A stretch of 61,715 nucleotides of DNA, filler included, from Choristocarpus tenellus KU-1152 (GCA_964200185.2; 11 parts of 11 records of this genome joined end to end with filler, not necessarily neighbours in it); one strand, 5' to 3'; counted from the first letter of the whole stretch, positions 13,212 through 25,854 are shown. The notes: a model not told the origin generated them from the letters alone. Numbers and translations are program-made.

Positions 13212-14492
13212 AATGGTAGCACACCATTCCAAGATGGGGAGAATGTACTTGTCTCACCACTTCTTGCTCTTCACTGGATGTCTTATCCTCTCTGCCAGAC
13301 CCATCATTGGAGCATTCCGGACTGACACCCACCACCTCCACCACTATCCTTTTTGATAACAAGCGGAGGTGAAGGCATACACACACGCAGGGCACCTCCT
13401 ACTCATCTCGTTACTCAAATGAAGGTTTGTAGGTGTCTCCCACACCCATCGCATTTATTAGTGTATTTTGTGAAGCTAGGTGGATCGGGGTCAGCTCTGG
13501 ACACAGTCATAAGTCATTTTTGCCAAGCATGATGCGAGGCTTGGTGCCCCAGCTGGAGGTTTCCAAAAAAGAGAACTTGGCGTATTTCCCATGTTCCACT
13601 GTTAGGCATGTCAGCCCACTCCAAGGCAAAACTTGCGTAGTTGGAGAAAATCGGTGACAATAGTCGATTACATTAATCTGATCAGCAGTTTTGGCTCACA
13701 GAGGACACCCATAAAAGTGGTGCTTGAACTGTATCTCCAAAAGGCTAGGTCACCATGAATTTACATTATTAGGTGTGAATATCAAGGTGCAAAGCAGATA
13801 CTTTACAGTCAGTCCGGTGTGAGCGTTTGGATATTTATGCGTATATGTGTGTGTTATAGGGCCAAGGTTCTGTGTGATGGGGGGTGATGAGAACCACTAG
13901 AGATGAGGTTCAGAAAGGAAGTGAAAGATGAGATCAAGGCATGCTGTGTGTATGTCAACAACTTCAAAGTATCTGGATCAACCTCCACTGTGATTGTTTG
14001 TGACCAGTCAGAAGAGAAAACACAACCTTGGTCTTTGCTGGTTTGAATCCACCGTTCATGTCAGGTTAACCGCAAGCCAGTCGTCCATCTGAACCTCACC
14101 ATATCACTTGGGCTGGCCTCAATGGCAAAAGGTGGCGCGCGCAAATGTTTATCACTGCGCATAATATCCTCATCAGTGTTGGGAGATCCCAAAAAGGTGA
14201 CCTGTCCCTGACATTACCCCCCACCAGTGTGGAGTCCATCCGAAACAATCACAAAATCGGCTGGCTAGCACTTGATGTCAGATAGGTCATCTGAGAAAAA
14301 AAAAGCGTCCTGCTTAAATCAACTCAGGGAAAAAAAAAGAAAAAAATGGAACACTAGTGGTGACCAGCCCTAGGTCGTACTCTAGCCCAGCAGTAAAAAA
14401 ACTGTGTTAACAGGGTGGAAAGTTCAATGAGAAACATGGCATGGACCTGCCTGTCTCCGACATTCCCCCGGAGATCTGAGTGGATGAAGCTC

Positions 14493-14751
14493 GAGTGAAA
14501 GTATCTTAGAGGGTACGAATTTTGCCCTGTTTGTCCATTTGGGACTTGGCTTCCCACAGGTGTTTTATGACATTTTCCTACTCCGATATGTTTCGGAGTA
14601 GGTAAAATTTGCACGTTATGAAAAGGTGTGTCCGGAACAAGGATATTGACACTTCCTCAAAAACATGATAGTCAAAATTACATCAAAATCGGAACATTGG
14701 AATTTGACCCCGAAATGGACGCGGCTCTACCCTCTAAGATACTTTTGGCTC
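14493..14751 (-). mobile_element. MITE family A
   Basis: Both TIRs present, no TSD (GCTC/GGGT); near-identical to the 12963 copy. Confidence 0.92.
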
Positions 14752-16090
14752 GGGTGGGACTCATTGCTGTACAGGGCGGGTAGTACATTCTTTGCCTGGC
14801 CCAGTGTTGTCTCTAAGCGCGTGAAGCAGGGGCTTGGAGGGGCTAGTACCCAATTTTCAGGGGGTGGCGGGGTGTCAAACGTATTCCGTATGATATCTGC
14901 TGCTGCTGCAATCTGTTTTTCCCAACACTGGAGATCCTCCCCCACTGCTCTGAAATCAATTCAACAATCCTAGGACTCCCTAACAACAAGGGTTTATTTG
15001 ATCCATCAAACATTCGTACCTTGCACCTTGCCACTTCCAGATCCTCTACCACCCTTGCGGCCCTCCTCTGACCTGGATTCTAACCTTCCCCATACTTGCA
15101 TAACCTCACCATTGCTACCACGAGAGTGAAAGTGTCTGGTACGATTTTTGCCCTGTTTGTCCATTTGGGGCTTGGCTTCCCACGGGTCTTAAATGACATT
15201 TTACCTACTCCAAAATGTTTCGGAGTAGGTAAAATGTATACAGTATGAAAAGGAGTGTCTAGAACAAGGATATTGACATTTCCTAACAAACATGATAGCC
15301 AAACTTACATCAAAATTGCAACATCGGGTTTTGGCCCCCAAATGGACACGGCTCTACCCTCTAAGATACTTTGACTCCGAAGCAGTCGAAATTGTCTCGC
15401 AGATCGTAGTCTCCCCTGTATGTCTTCCTCCCCAGCCCCCCTCTTGGTATGTAGTCCTTGATTGTGAAGGATGCCAAGTTTTCCAGTTTTTTGGCCGCCT
15501 CTTTAGTCACGTCCGTTGCCTCGTCCACGATCCGCTGTAACTCGTACTGTGTCGTTCTGGCATTCTCCGCTTGAATAAAGAAGGGAATGAATCCAAGGAG
15601 TACGAAGGACTTCCTCTCTTTGACCCTGCTCCGTGCTGGGATCATTGACTTCTCTTTGATCCTTTCAAGCATTGTTGTTGAAGATATCGAACTCTCTTCC
15701 ATGGTCGATCTGACTCCCCCTCCCATCCCTCTGCCCCCCTACACGTTCTGGTTTTTGCACGCAACATAACTCCTGCAGGAACTCCATCATATTATCCATT
15801 TTTTCGGTTAGTTTGGCTATCTCGTTGCTCTGGACCTGGGGTTGGCTGGGGTCACCTTCACTCCTGTTCCCTGCTTCGTCTTCTTCCTCTCCCTCTCCTT
15901 TCCTCTCCCCCTCCCCCTCTGTGATGAATCCCATCTCTTGTTGCACCTTCTTGATCTCCATCTGCATCCTCTGCGCCACCATTGTTCCCATTTCTTCACT
16001 CCTGTTCCCTGCTTCGTCTTCTTCCTCCCCCTCTCCTTTCCTCTCCCCCTCCCCCTCTGCCATGAATCCCATTGTGCTGCAAAGCACCAA
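14752..16090 (-). pseudogene. Decayed unidentified ORF, probably TE-derived
   Basis: Overlapping frame-shifted ORF pieces split by a MITE; internal ~77-bp direct repeat (about 15857-15932 and 15995-16071) encoding MGF..EGEGERKGEGEEEDEAGNRSE twice. Confidence 0.5.
15124..15377 (-). mobile_element. MITE family A
   Basis: One TIR partly deleted; 3-bp TSD CGA; removing element plus one CGA restores the frame NFDCF-VVAMVRL. Confidence 0.9.
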
Positions 16091-16348
16091 TGTATTTATT
16101 CTCAGTCAAGAATGATGCGATGTGAGTTCAGTATTCTTTGATGTGATACTCAACGAAAGAAGTCCATCCTCTGTGGAGAGGCTTGTTATCTTGGCTGGCA
16201 AGGGTTTCCGCGGATGGTCTTAACTCTGATTATATTACATCCATGTGTGTGTTTGAGGCACAGTTTGCAGAGTGGCGTTGATGCAATTCGAGAGATCAAT
16301 GGCAGTCACTGAAGAAATACTAATCAGCCATCAATGTACAACTGTCAT

Positions 16349-16635
16349 CTTCTCCTGATAAGGAGAAAGAGTGAAAGAAAAAACAAACAACAGAACAACA
16401 GAACAAAATCGAAACAATATGTGATGCAACTAATGTGACGTACACTATACTATACTATTTGTGTGGAACGCAGAGCGACTGTTCTGTACTAAGGCGTTCT
16501 GATTGTAGTTGATGAGGTGATGACGAACTAGTGAAAGTAACGTCCAGAATGTAACAGACCGATCAAAAGTCAATGTTGACTGGTGGAACTGTATCGTATC
16601 AAGGAACAAACAGATGAGTAGCCTATGTTTTAACA
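16349..16635 (-). repeat. ~290-bp dispersed repeat (possible LTR)
   Basis: Reverse complement of 28056-28348; begins TGTTAAAACATAGGC exactly where the Copia integrase stops. Confidence 0.75.
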
Positions 16636-17302
16636 TCGACGGCATCCGACTTTGCACGAAGGAAATACAACCAAACAAAACGAGAATAATTGTCCCGGAT
16701 TATCATGGTGTATTGTTTACCACCGATTGAAAGGGTAGCCCTCTTCGCACTTAGATCGACAAAAACCCGATCCAGCTTTCTTACCGCCCTTGAAGACATG
16801 CTGGACCGGACGCCCTTCCGTATGCCCTTGCTCATAGAGCAGCACGCACATGGCTCCAGCTCACCCACCAATGCATTGCCCATTGAAGTGGCGGTGGATT
16901 TGAGCAATGCCTCGTGTGCATGGCCATAAGAGCAGTGGAAGACGTTAATGTCGATCTCCGTGGGGGGAGCATCGGGTGCAAACGAGGCGGCTATAGTGGC
17001 CTTTAAAGCAACTTCAGCATTTCGATCTGGTTGCAGCGATATGCGTTGTCTATGGAGGGTGTAATGGCAACCAGGATCTCTTGTGAAGATAAGTATTCCA
17101 TCTAACAACGACAATGTACTGGCTGTGAAAATGCCCTTCGCACCCTTATCAGCTGCTGCTTGGCAAGAGAAAAGATTCAATCCCAGATCGGGAACATGGG
17201 CAACATTTGAAGGGGTATTTCTACCTCCTTTGTTAAGAATATGCTTTTTATTCATGTCTAAAAGAAGATTCTGTAGAAGAAACAATTTATGAATGAAGAG
17301 AC
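16636..17302 (-). mobile_element. Ty1/Copia pol fragment (protease end, GAG-pre-integrase, integrase start)
   Basis: NVAHVPDLGLNLFS; HCSYGH...CACC zinc finger; LDRVFVDL...GGKQYTMIIRDNYSRFVWLYFLRAKSDA rve core. Confidence 0.92.
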
Positions 17303-17440
17303 NNNNNNNNNNNNNNNNNNNNNNNNNNNNNNNNNNNNNNNNNNNNTTAATTAATTAANNNNNNNNNNNNNNNNNNNNNNNNNNNNNNNNNNNNNNNNNN
17401 NNGTGCGGCCAACCTCTCCACAACCAAGGGCAAAACCTAC

Positions 17441-18584
17441 CTCTTTGTTCGCGGCGTAGATCACAATTGTGGACTTGTGAGGCATGAACTGCCCGTATGT
17501 ATCAGCCCAGTAGTCTATCCAGGACATAACCAGGTCTCGCTTCGGAGCCATGTCCTTATCTTTGTTCGTGCCGTTCCTGTTCCAGGAGCGCACGTATGTA
17601 TATAAATGGGAGATGTGTTGGAGATGGATACAAGGGACGGGGGATGGAATCCTAGAGGGATCGTATGCCAGCAGCGGATCTCTAATTCTGTAGATATTTA
17701 CGTGTGGTAACTGCTGCAGCAGCGCGGGGACGGCCGGAGGAGATGATATTGTTGAAGCATAAATAAACATATCGCACGTGTATATACACACATAGGTAAC
17801 ACGTAACTCCACGCTGGAGGGATCTCTAACTTTGTACATCAGACATCTAGGCGTGGTAACTGCAAAGTGAATGTGGCGAGTACGGTCGGATTACATTGTT
17901 CTGAGATAGGACTGCTGTTCAATCATCAAGCAGGGGGAAAAATATACCGGGTACAAATAACACTGTGTACATACATCAAACCCACCTCTCCACGATGGAG
18001 GATGCTCTTGCGTTAGGTGTGCCTTTGCAAGCGTCGATGACATGATTGGATATTCCGAACGATGCCTTGAAAAACAGCGTACAAATGGGAATCCCGGCCG
18101 CGAGCATAGATCTGCCTCCAGGTCCCAACTTAATCACAGGTACACGGTCGCCAATGAAGTGCTTGCGATCGCGGCGGTTCTCACACGCCCGGATGACGTC
18201 CTGCTCTTTGGCCAATGTGCGTGCAAGGAAGGACTCGCTATCTGCCGCGAACTTGTTCACACAGGCTAAGCGCTTGCAGCAGTCACCCTGTTCGTTGACC
18301 GGGATGGGTTGAGCCCATCCTCGGCGAAGCTTGGTGCCGGTCGCTGAAGCGTCATTGGTAGAAAGCTCCAGCGCATAATTATTGGCGGGCTGGTGAGGGG
18401 GCAACACAGGGGGCAACGCAGGCAACAAAAGCCACTCCCTTGCTGTGGAAGCAACTGTCATGGTGTTTTCGGGCAACAGGCGGTCTTGGGCAGTGAGAAG
18501 GTCTAGGAGTGAATTGAATTTGAAGCCGGGCGTATGAACTTTGTTTGAGCTCCGTGCAATCCCTGGGACCACCCTGAGATCCAT
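17441..18584 (-). CDS. Putative Sola-like DNA transposase, N-terminal exons
   Basis: Exons 18584-17986 and 17576-17441 join in phase (VE-R-NG). Motifs CCKRLACVNKF, ICTLFFKASFGIS and WIDYWADTYGQFMP resemble Sola transposase N-terminal regions; catalytic core lies beyond the contig end. Confidence 0.6.
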
Positions 18585-18590
18585 GATCCG

Positions 18591-19650
18591 CAAAATCCGT
18601 GCATTACGGTTTTTGGAAGTTGTAAATCCGATTATATCTGTAGTTACAATTTTAAAAAATACAAAGCACATACTTAATTGATCTTGTACGTTTCCAATGT
18701 TCCGAAACCAAAAGGTCAGAAAAAAACTGGCACCTTCTAATTGCTTTAAGTACAAAATCTTAAATTGTTGGACATTTGCATCCTTAAAAATACTAGAGAC
18801 GACAAAAATCGGTTCTTGATTTTCGGTGATCCGATCGGATCGCCTAAGAGTGAAAGTATCTTAGAGGGTATGAGTTTTTCCCTGTTTGCCCATTTGGGTC
18901 TTGGCTTCCCATGTTTTGTTTTTTTGCATTTTCCAACTCTGAAATATTTCAGAGTAGGTAGAATGTATACGTTATGAAAAGCTGTGCTCGGAAAATGGAT
19001 ATTGACATCTCCTAACAAGCATGATAGCCAAAATTACATCAAAATTGCAATATTGGAATTTGCTCCCAAATGGACACGGCTCTACCCTCTAAGATACTTT
19101 GACTCCTAAACCCTTGAACACCCAAAACACGTGCATTAGGATTTTTAGAAATAGTAAATCCAGTAATAACTGTTGTTACATTTTTTGAAAAAACAAAGCA
19201 CGCACTTTATGGGTCTCACACGTTTCCAATTTTCAGAAACTAAAAGATCACTTTCAACTGGTACCCTACAATTTATTTAAATATTAAAACCGCTCTTTGG
19301 CGACTTTAGTATTCTTAAAAATACTACAGACAAAAAAAGCGGATCTAGAGTTTTATAGATCCGATCGGATCGCCTAAACCCTTGAAGACCCAAAACACGT
19401 GCGTTAGGGTTTTTACGAAATAAAAATAATATTCTAATCTTCACATCAACAAATAAAAATACAAACCTCATCCTTCATTGATCCAATACATTTGAAACGT
19501 ACGAAACAAAATGGTTACAAAAAACTGATACTCTCTGTCTGTTTTAAATATGAAATCGTATGCTGTTCGATATTCGTATTTTTATAACACACTTGTCAAC
19601 GGAAAGAGAAATCTGAGTTTTGAGGACAGACCGACCAGATGAAATAAAGC
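18591..19650. repeat. Three diverged tandem ~269-bp repeats with palindromic core
   Basis: Units start 18591, 19123, 19391 (CAAAAYMCGTGC); align almost without gaps; GATCCGATCGGATC at 18828-18841 and 19358-19371, degenerate in unit 3. Confidence 0.85.
18848..19105 (-). mobile_element. MITE family A, nested in the tandem array
   Basis: 4-bp TSD CTAA; empty paralogous site CGCCTAAACCCTTGAA at 19371-19386. Confidence 0.95.
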
Positions 19651-19753
19651 AGCACCTCCCAGCCCTCACTCCTCATTTCCATTCCTTCCCTTCCGCATAT
19701 ACCACGCGCACCTATTATTTATCGATCCCTGTCACACCCTCCCAATCTTCGCC

Positions 19754-21991
19754 ATGTCCAGCATTTGCTCAACAACAACCCACCCGCCCGCCGATGGTGC
19801 TGCCCACGGATCGAGAACGTGGTACAGCAATGCCAAGGGCATGTCCTCGCTCTTAGAACATCACTACCTCGGCACGTACAAGACGAAACTCGGCAACATC
19901 ACATGCACGGAGATGGTGCGTCCACTGAGCGAGCGTGGCCTTGCGCACGTCAGCAAGTCTATCCACAAGAAAGGCTGGCTTGAGCAGTTTGCTCCATCTG
20001 TCGTAATCCAACGAAACTGCTTAGGCAACGGGGACCAGCTCACCGCCGACACTGTGCTTGCCGTTCAAGGACGAACACTAGACGGAAACCATAGAATAAC
20101 GGTGCTGAAGAGAGAGTTTGATCCCAAACGCGCTTTCATGATGCGGGTCTACATGGAGTTCAACCAAGCAGAAGAGAGGCTAATTTCCAACTGTGGTTAA
20201 TGGAGTGTTGTCGTTGTTCCATGATCGCCTGACTCTTCGAATCAACTAAGCAACTAAGTAAGTTGAGTGTTGTCGTTGCTCCATGATCACCTGATGACTT
20301 TTCCGATCTACCAAGTTGTTGCCATGTTTCCTTTGTTTGGTTCATCGTCAGTCAGCCCATTGATGATCTTTTCGTTGTTGATCTTTTTTATACCTCGTGA
20401 TCTTTCTACCAACAGCAACATGTTGCTCACTACTGCCTGCCGCGTGTGTCCCGCGACCGCTTCCCACCTACCCCTTGTCCCGTTTGCCCACTGCACCGCC
20501 ACGCTTATAGCATTCAACGACGCAACTGAGAGTGTGGTTGAGCGCACGCTGTACACAAGGTATATTTTCAGCACGAGCTCAAAGAAGCTATCAAGCGACA
20601 GACGAAGAAAAAAGAAGTGTCACTAGCAGAGATCCGCAAAATGGACAAAAAGGTGAGGGAGTTGTCAACGTTGGTGGGATGGTGGCGCTCTACTCCTCCT
20701 CTTGTTGGGTTACAGCTGTTTTGAAATCTCTCTGTGTCCTCCTATTCAACCTAAGTTGAGATTGTTATCCCGCGTTTAGGAACCCTGTCAACTAAATGCT
20801 TGATTTTCGGGTGACCATGTAGTATGTATGTGTGGCTAACCACAGACGAACAATAAAAAGCATCCTTGTTTGTTTTATCGACGTTGTTGCCTGAACCCCC
20901 CCCCTCCCCACTCATACATACCCTGTTGGCGTGGTAATAACGATGCCTCATCCTGGCTGGCTGGATGCATAATATTTTCAGTTTTGTGCCCATCGTGAAG
21001 GTGGGCGTTCCGCCCCCGGCGAAAACAACTCTACAAAACTTGCAGCAAGGCGTAAAGTCCCTTCGACCAGAGTCCTTCGAGGTACTGAATGAAGTGTGTG
21101 AGACCTCGTCACCACATGTCGACCACAACGCAGTCACACTGAATTATCTGAGTCGCGAGGAGTTTGCTGGCTTCACTTCTCTCAAGCAGGGGCTATGCAT
21201 CCATCTGTTTGCTAGGCAAGTCAAACCGCCACTGTGTTTTATCGTGTAGACAGCAGTAAGCGCAATGTGTGCAGGTCGCAGCACATTGCACAGGAATATT
21301 CAATAAGTGTCTTCTACGATGAAGAATGTAGTCGGGCATTGTTGTGTCGAACGAAGAACCCTTTGTAGTATTGTGGAAATACTACCTGCAGTGTGTGTTT
21401 CCTGTGTATGTGCGCTCTTGTCGTTTCTGAACTACGACAGTCGTTCCATGAATATTTTTGGCAGTGGCGACCCTTTCCTCATCATTACCTGCGCTCATTC
21501 TCGTTGAAGTCATTCATGACCATTCTCTTTTTGCAGGTACAAGTCGTTCAATGGGAATGTTCCTACGGCGAGGGACTACAAGGACAACAATCGGACGCGT
21601 ACATGTCTGAGATGCTTGTCTCGCGCACCAGGCAGATTGTACCCAAGGAGTGGACACCAGAGCTCCAAAGGTTGGTAAATGATACAGTTGCAGCGGTTAT
21701 CTTTTTTTTCCTTTTCCGTATCTCCTGTGCACCCATACGTCGCCATGCGCCCCTCAATTGTAAAATATACTGTCAGCGTCTTTTTCGGCACCGCTCTTAT
21801 TGATTGTTGCAAAACTGCTCTGAATTTCGGAAGTTACGTGAATGATGCATGGGCTGCCAGGGATATGGACAGGCTCATATATGAAAAGTGCAATATGCCA
21901 GACCTCTGGGTCAAGCCCCACTACGAGGAGAGGAAGGGGGAGGTGGCCCAACTTCTGCAGAAGGTTTCATCTGGCGACCAACAAGCGGAGA
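19754..21991 (+). pseudogene. Spliced ParB/Srx-like domain gene with apparent frameshifts
   Basis: Exon 1 encodes VRPLSERGLAHVSKSIHKKGW...RTLDGNHRITVLK. Further exons about 20511-20652, 21001-21214, 21537-21670, 21834-end. A missing base near 20557 restores TLY(D)KVYFQHELKEAIK; second shift near 21590. Confidence 0.65.
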
Positions 21992-24067
21992 NNNNNNNNN
22001 NNNNNNNNNNNNNNNNNNNNNNNNNNNNNNNNNNNTTAATTAATTAANNNNNNNNNNNNNNNNNNNNNNNNNNNNNNNNNNNNNNNNNNNNAGCATGAGG
22101 GGCTGGCCGGCTGCTTTTGGTGTTCGTGTCGCATAGAATCCACACTGGGGGGGGGGGTAATGTCAGGGACAGGTTCCTTTTTTGGGATCTCCCATACACA
22201 CTCTTGTGCATATATAGACGCGCGGTTATTATATACATTCGTGCGTGCCAACCACGTCATTGGAACTCACCCATACCGACCAGTCCAATAAACCAACCAA
22301 ACCCATAAAATCCGGATTTGACCAAACAACCAAAATGGACTGTTAGAACGAAGATCCATTCCGATTCTGAGCGATCAATTTCTTTGCTGTGACGTTGCTC
22401 AGTCATTCTGGGATATCTGTTTTGTCTTGAGATGTTTTTCTGTTCTGGATTTCCTCAACTGTCCTGATATGCTGGGCCAAGACCTTTGATACTCGGTCTC
22501 ACCCTCTGAGGCGGAAGAGTTCAATCCGGTGATTATGATTGCACCCTTGTCGAGCAGAGAACTTGGCATCTTTGACACTTCCACACGTCCAACATTATCT
22601 CCCCAACTTCCATACGAATATAATTCAAACTGTATTTAGTGTGTATTGTGGCATTCTGCGAAAACCGCCTCCGCAAATTGATACCTAGATGTTAATATCT
22701 TAATATGACCACTTTCAATGAGAGTAAGGTGATTTTCGACATTTCGAAACCTTTCGGGTTGCCACTTCTGGGATGTTTTCAACAGGCCTTTCTTACCACG
22801 CAGGTCGTCTCTTGACATTGCCTTTTTACCACTTTGAAATGCTTCGAATTAGAGAAATTGAATTGCTTTCTTGTCATGTTAATAGCAATTACACTTACTG
22901 ATCTTTTTGCCCCTTTCCCTCCTTCCCAATGCCCGTACCTCGTGCTTGACTTCCAAGCCCTCATGCCGCACCAGTCAATAGGAAATGCAGGACTGTTCAC
23001 ATTGTGGTTGCGCACATCACCATCGCACATAGGATACGACTCGCCAACTCAGGTCGACTCATTCATTCAGACAATGTCAACCTCCCCTCCTCCACCTCAT
23101 CATCTCCCTGCAGTCTTCATTCAACTTCAGAAGTACACACTATTTCACTATCCTTTTAAAAGCTACGCGAATGCCGGAATTGCTGAAGGATAGATGCGGA
23201 AATGGATGGCAATTTTTCCTTCGGTAAATCGAAGGTGATATTCGGATTGCTATTCCAGAGGATTGTGAAGTAGTATACAGTTCTAAAGTCGAATGAATTC
23301 TGCAGGGAGATGATGAGGTGGAGTAGAATTTCACCAGTCAGTTCGGGATAAAGGTTGGGCGCATCTCCACCTTATGGTTGTTTCCGTCTATCTCTACTAT
23401 AGTCTGTCGTTTACCTAGGGGTAACAGTACTTCTTGTCACTGTTGAGATTTTGGTATCTCTATTGACCCATCACCTGAAACGTTAACAATATCACAGAAT
23501 GTTTTACTTCGCTTTCCTAAGGATAAGAACATTTTCCCCCCGTTCGTCCCTTGACAGATCTTGTCGACGATCAGGGGACAGCACTTTCTTCGAATGTTCC
23601 AGGATATTCTCGTGGGAGAGAGGCTGGAGGTGTTGGGAGATGGGGTGCCTCAAAACAACAATTGGTCAGACATTGTCGAATTGGCCGCAAATATGTTCTC
23701 AGAGGAGGCTGCAAATATACTTCACTCGGACACACTGTCCCTCCTGTACGTCCCAGTCAGAGGGAAAGAGGACTCCTTCAAGGACTGGGTAAGGCTCCCC
23801 TTTCCTTGTTATGTCCATGAAAAATTCGCCTTCCATCAGTTCACCACTGTCTAAAGTTCTCTTCTTGACTCCCGTTCCCGATAATCACTCCTCCATCCTC
23901 CCCTCCTACTCAGTTCCAAGAAGCTCTGGGGTGTGAGGAACCAGTCCTCCAAGAAGAAAAAGGACAAGTAGAGCCTGGAGGAGAGGCTCAGGTTATACGA
24001 CATTAGCCTCAACTGTGGTCATAGCGGGGAGGATGATACAGATCCTCCCTGGATTCTGATAAACTCA

Positions 24068-24194
24068 GAGTCAAAGTATCTTTGAGGGTAGAGCCTCATT
24101 TCGGAATAGGAAAGTATCATTTAAAAAAACGTGGGAAGCCAAGCCCCATACGGATAAGACGGGCAAAACTCGTACCTCTAAGATACTTCCACTC
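24068..24194 (+). mobile_element. MITE family A, internally deleted (127 bp)
   Basis: Both TIRs kept; 3-bp TSD TCA. Confidence 0.88.
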
Positions 24195-25614
24195 TCAGAA
24201 ATGCCTATATGAGAAGGATGCACCTTAAGAATGTGTTCATCAAAGGCGTGGTACTGGAGGTCGCGTTGCAGGTGGCAAATGATCTTCAAACGAAGGAAAA
24301 GGAGGGATCCTCGTCGGAGGAGGAGGAGGAGGAAGGGGAAGGTGGAGAAGACTTGAACGAAAATCAAGGAAGAAGCTGAAGAAAACACCATATATCTTAT
24401 ATCGAGAGGTATGACTCCGAACATTAGCAGGACGATTTGAAAGTCCATCTTTCTTTCTCGATTTCACTGACGCCTTGCTGTAAATTTACTCACTATAGAC
24501 TCGTAGATATTAGCTGATGTGCCATTCCTTGTCTGAAATATTGTAACGAAGCAGTTGAAGAACTTCTTGTTACAAGGAGTGGACGAAGGCGAGGTCTTCC
24601 TCAAGATCGTGAGGAGCTCCAAGGGTGTAACACTCAATGAGGTCAAGGACAGCACAGGTGATCATGCTATTGGGATAACTTGGATATGAATGCTCTTTCG
24701 TGGTTTCTTTTATTGGAACACGGCACTTGGTGGAAGTACTTCGGAAGTGTATCGGTTTTGAAGAGGTTGTCATTTTCTGCCTTTACACAATTCAAACTGA
24801 AACTATTTGTCACAAATGCGGCACACTTCGACATATCGAATATTATCCTCTTATTTTAGGCTAGTGTTGTTTTTTGGGATTGAGACAAGCGACCTATTGT
24901 CACAATAACTTTGAAGAGATATTTTGGTAAAATTTGTTCTTGGCTTTAAAGGTTTCTTGCACTAATTACAAATCCTTCCTGTACGCTAACATCACAACTC
25001 CTTGCAATGTTTACTTTGCTTTCTGTTGCATTTCTATATATGCATTGCCTCTGTTCTCCATCCAAGTTGATGGCAAGGTAATGTTACAGCACGCTCCAGA
25101 ACTCACCTCCACAGGATGTGCAACTCAAATCCAACGACCTTAATGGGGGCGTTGCCTTTGATAACAGCTTATTGGGTGTCCGATAGCCTCCTCTTGATAC
25201 TTCACTCAGTGCGTAGCTCAAAGCTCGATTCAATGTTTCGTTCGAGATAAAATACTGTTTTTAAAAGGGGAAGATGGATGATGTGTCCAAAAGCCCTTTT
25301 AATATTATTACCCACCCATTTTCTTTAGACTTTTATGGTAAAAGACATCTGCCAACAGCTGTATACATACTCAAATCATAAACCTTTATTCTCTGCAACT
25401 TCTAGGAACTTTGATGTTTCTTCTGTAAGGTTACGTATGCATTACGAACCTTACTCTGCATCATCTAAGGAATCAGCATTTATTCTGTTAGGCTATCTAC
25501 GTGCTACTAGTCTCATATACTGCTCGCGCTATTCACCTGTAGCAGTAACGCTTCTTCTGGCAGGAACGGCAGGATTGCACAGGGTGGTCCATCAGGAGAA
25601 GGTTATCCTGAAGA

Positions 25615-25854
25615 GAGGCAAAAGTATCTTAGAGGGTAGATCCGCGTCCATTTGGAGGTCAAAATCCATTGTTGCGATTTTGATGTAATTTTGGTAATCG
25701 TGTCTGTTAGGAAGTATCAGTATCTACGTTTCGGACACACCTTTTCATAACATACACATTTTACCTACTCCGAAACATTTTGCAGTAGGAAAATGTCATG
25801 AAAAAATCGTGGGAAGCCAAGCCTGAGATGGACAAACAGAGCAAATTTTCACTC
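25615..25854 (+). mobile_element. MITE family A
   Basis: Right TIR partly deleted; flanks AGA/AGA. Confidence 0.88.

Noticed and set aside
14354-14973. Recurrent peptides such as SQAPNGQTGQNSYPLRYFH in the ORF track
   Set aside because: Translations of MITE A, not a gene family.
18591-19650. CRISPR-like or coding reading of the 269-bp array
   Set aside because: Sequences between palindromes are homologous to each other, and unit lengths 270/268 do not keep a frame.
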